Source of the DNA: an uncultured Gemmatimonadales bacterium
GTDB lineage: Bacteria > Gemmatimonadota > Gemmatimonadetes > Gemmatimonadales > Gemmatimonadaceae
NCBI GenBank assembly: GCA_963793305.1
Contig: CAWBZV010000014.1
Coordinates: 32,001 to 96,000 of the forward strand
Direction: 5' to 3'
DNA length: 64,000 nucleotides
Each line of letters starts with the position of its first letter. The first letter of the stretch is position 1. A program made the position numbers and the translations under genes. Below the pieces are notes generated by a model, which did no database searches, was not told the DNA's origin, and saw only the letters and a list, made by a program, of their open reading frames with translations. This document shows, piece after piece, positions 61,575-64,000 of this stretch.

Positions 61575-62374
61575 GCGACGAAGGCGAATTTCAGCAGCTG
61601 CTGTCGAAGATCGCGACCGAGCGCCAGTTCCACTGCCAGCACTACAAAGAGAAGTGCTTGCGGCGGCGCATCGGCGTCCGTCTGCGCGCGCGCGGCCTGC
61701 ACAGCTACTCGGATTACGCGCGGCTCCTGGACGGGGACGCGCGGGAGTACGAGAAGCTGCTCGATACGCTGACCATCAACGTCACCAAGCTCTTTCGGAA
61801 TTGGGAGACGTGGGAGGCGATGGCGGCCCACGTGGTTCCGGCGATCTGGGGGGAGCCTCGCAATGTGCACATCTGGAGCGCCGGGTGCTCATCGGGCGAA
61901 GAGGCGTATTCGCTGGCCGTCCTCATGCATCGCCACGCCAGCGCGATGCACGAATCACATCGGTTGAATCGCGTGGATATTCTGGGGACCGACATCGACC
62001 GCGAGAGTTTGACGGCCGCCGCGAAGGGGCTGTTCGATGACGATGCCTTCACCGATACGCCGGCCGAGATCAGAACCGCCTATTTCAGTCCGACGCAGCC
62101 GGCGACCGTGCGAGCCGACGCGAAACAGCTCGTCCGGTTTGAAAAGCGAGACCTGATCCGCGGCGACGCGCCCAAGGGCCTGCACCTGATCGCGTGCCGC
62201 AACGTGATCATCTATTTCGATCGCGTCACGCAGGAGCAGTTGTTCGTCCGGTTCCACGACGCGCTCGAGCCCGGCGGCTTTCTCGTGCTGGGCAAAGTCG
62301 AAACCCTGCTCGGCGCCACGCGCTCGTTGTTCGAGCCAGTGGACGCGCGCGAGCGCATCTTCCGCCGCCGGTGA
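61571..62374 (+). CDS. cheR: chemotaxis methyltransferase CheR
   Basis: LTINVTKLFR, IWSAGCSSGEEAYS, GTDID, CRNVIIYFD. Confidence 0.95.
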   Translation: MSDEGEFQQLLSKIATERQFHCQHYKEKCLRRRIGVRLRARGLHSYSDYARLLDGDAREYEKLLDTLTINVTKLFRNWETWEAMAAHVVPAIWGEPRNVHIWSAGCSSGEEAYSLAVLMHRHASAMHESHRLNRVDILGTDIDRESLTAAAKGLFDDDAFTDTPAEIRTAYFSPTQPATVRADAKQLVRFEKRDLIRGDAPKGLHLIACRNVIIYFDRVTQEQLFVRFHDALEPGGFLVLGKVETLLGATRSLFEPVDARERIFRRR

Positions 62375-62853
62375 ACGAGCACATTCGCGTCAAGGTCGCC
62401 GACTACGCCGTGGCCCGCGGCGATGCGATCATCGCCACCATCGGCCTCGGGTCGTGCGTCGCGATCACGGTCTACGACAACACCGCGCGCGTCGGTGGAT
62501 TGGCGCACATCCTGTTGCCGACCGAAGGCATGTCGCGCGATACACACAATCGCGCCAAGTTCCCGGGCTCGGCCGTCCCGCTCCTGCTCGAGGAGATGCG
62601 GAAGCTCGGCGCGAAAGGGCCCTTTCAGGCCAAGCTCGTCGGTGGGTCGAGCATGTTCGCGTCCCTCTTGCCACAGGGCGGCGTGAATATGGGTGACCGC
62701 AATGTCGATGCGTGCCGGCGCGCGCTGGGTCAAGCACAGATCTCGTTGATCGCGCAGGACACCGGTGGCACGTACGGCCGCAGCGTGTTCCTGCACATCC
62801 GCGATGGTCGCGTCATCGTTCGCTCGCTGGCGCACGGCGAGAAGATATTGTGA
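62371..62853 (+). CDS. cheD: chemoreceptor glutamine deamidase CheD
   Basis: TIGLGSCVAI, LAHILLP, KLVGGSSMF, DTGGTYGR. Confidence 0.94.
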   Translation: MNEHIRVKVADYAVARGDAIIATIGLGSCVAITVYDNTARVGGLAHILLPTEGMSRDTHNRAKFPGSAVPLLLEEMRKLGAKGPFQAKLVGGSSMFASLLPQGGVNMGDRNVDACRRALGQAQISLIAQDTGGTYGRSVFLHIRDGRVIVRSLAHGEKIL

Positions 62854-63917
62854 GCAACGTGAAGAGCGTCCTCGTAGTCGATGACAGCGCGTTCATGAGA
62901 AAAGTGGTCAGCGAGCTCGTGTCCGCGTCCAACGAGTTTCGCGTCATCGGGACGGCGCGCAACGGCTATGACGCGCTGAAGCAGATTCACACGCTCGAGC
63001 CGGACATCGTCACGATGGACATCGAGATGCCGGAGCTCGATGGCATCCAAGCGCTCGGATATATCATGTCCGAGACGCCGCGGCCGGTCGTGATGCTGAG
63101 CGGGGCCGAGACCGACGACTCGCGCGACCACACCATTCGCGCGTTGGAGCTCGGCGCCGTTGACTTTGTGCGCAAACCGTCCGGTCCCGTGTCGCTCGAC
63201 TTGCCGACCGTACGGGAACAGTTGTTGGCCGCGTTGCGCGCCGCCGCGTGCGTCAATTTGCGCGGTGTCGATGTCCTCGCACGCCCACGACAGTCGGGCA
63301 CGTGGCGGGTACCCGAACGAACGGGCGGAGCGACGAGGGTGGTTGTCATTGCCGCATCGACCGGGGGGCCCCGAGCGCTGGCCGAGGTCATCCCAAATTT
63401 GACCCCCACGATCGATGCCGCCGTACTGGTCGTGCAGCACATGCCCGGTGGATTTACGGCGAGCCTTGCCCAGAGACTCAACGACATGAGCCCCCTCAGG
63501 GTCGTCGAGGCCAAGGACGGGGATCGAATTGTCCACAATCGTGTGTATTTAGCCCCGGGGGGGTATCACATGCGCGTAGCGATACGGGACGGGTTGCCTA
63601 CGCTCACGTTAGATACCGCCGCCCCGATTTGGGGGGTGCGACCGGCGGCTGACCCGTTGTTTCGGTCGGCGGCCCAGATTTTCGGGCCATCCGTGGTTGG
63701 CGTCGTCCTGACTGGCATGGGGCGCGACGGCGCCGAAGGGCTCCGGACGATCCGAGACGCCGGGGGGCAGGGCGTCGTCCAAGATCAGATGACCTCTACG
63801 ATCTACGGTATGCCCCAGGCGGCGCTGGTGACCGCTGGAGCGGACCGTGTGGCGTCGCTTGTCGACGTGGCGCCCGCGGTCGCTGATCTCCTGGCCGCAG
63901 GCGGACGGGCGTCGTGA
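62850..63917 (+). CDS. cheB: chemotaxis methylesterase CheB
   Basis: REC (VVDDSAFMR) plus ASTGGP, VQHMP, LTGMGRDGA, YGMP. Confidence 0.96.
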   Translation: MSNVKSVLVVDDSAFMRKVVSELVSASNEFRVIGTARNGYDALKQIHTLEPDIVTMDIEMPELDGIQALGYIMSETPRPVVMLSGAETDDSRDHTIRALELGAVDFVRKPSGPVSLDLPTVREQLLAALRAAACVNLRGVDVLARPRQSGTWRVPERTGGATRVVVIAASTGGPRALAEVIPNLTPTIDAAVLVVQHMPGGFTASLAQRLNDMSPLRVVEAKDGDRIVHNRVYLAPGGYHMRVAIRDGLPTLTLDTAAPIWGVRPAADPLFRSAAQIFGPSVVGVVLTGMGRDGAEGLRTIRDAGGQGVVQDQMTSTIYGMPQAALVTAGADRVASLVDVAPAVADLLAAGGRAS

Positions 63918-64000
63918 GCGCGACGCTGGTGCCGACGACCGCGTATCAGCTCGCCGATGCGCAAGGCGTGCGCGAAGCCGCACGCCGGCGCGTGGGCGTC
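63914..64000 (+). CDS. start of next operon gene (truncated by window edge)
   Basis: GTG overlapping cheB stop; open frame MSATLVPTTAYQLADAQGVREAARRRVGV. Confidence 0.4.
   Translation, partial: MSATLVPTTAYQLADAQGVREAARRRVGV

Overview
High-GC, gene-dense bacterial chromosome segment. Gene content and lineage-typical hypothetical proteins suggest Gemmatimonadota (inference). No rRNA, tRNA, CRISPR array or mobile element is supportable. 1-36 kb is a mixed region: the 5' half of a PQQ methanol dehydrogenase (XoxF/MxaF family), two paralogous TPR-like proteins, dipeptidase-fabH-glutaminyl cyclase, mug, fpg-like, ABC exporters, aroH, aceK/icd, htrA, infA, slt, aceA, a broken duplicated ABC permease, a KimA-like transporter, a PRK-like kinase and lemA-htpX. 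36-48.5 kb is housekeeping (tilS-hpt-ftsH-folP-cdaA; yggS-divIVA-pnp-ileS-dksA-like-lspA-rluA). 48.5-64 kb is a chemosensory operon (cheW-Y-A-C ... cheR-D-B) enclosing TPR, DUF4388-like, three roadblock proteins, MglA and a tandem DnaA-type AAA+ protein without a DNA-binding domain. Main observations: (1) an unannotated 41-aa secreted, Cys-looped peptide convergent on a TPR protein (candidate RRNPP-like peptide signalling pair); (2) the Che/Mgl/DnaA-like hybrid operon; (3) five single-base frameshifts all at GACGTC, probably a methylation-linked sequencing error; (4) a mini-gene with a 13-nt perfect complement to the 16S 3' tail; (5) many leaderless-type promoters and two CTG starts.
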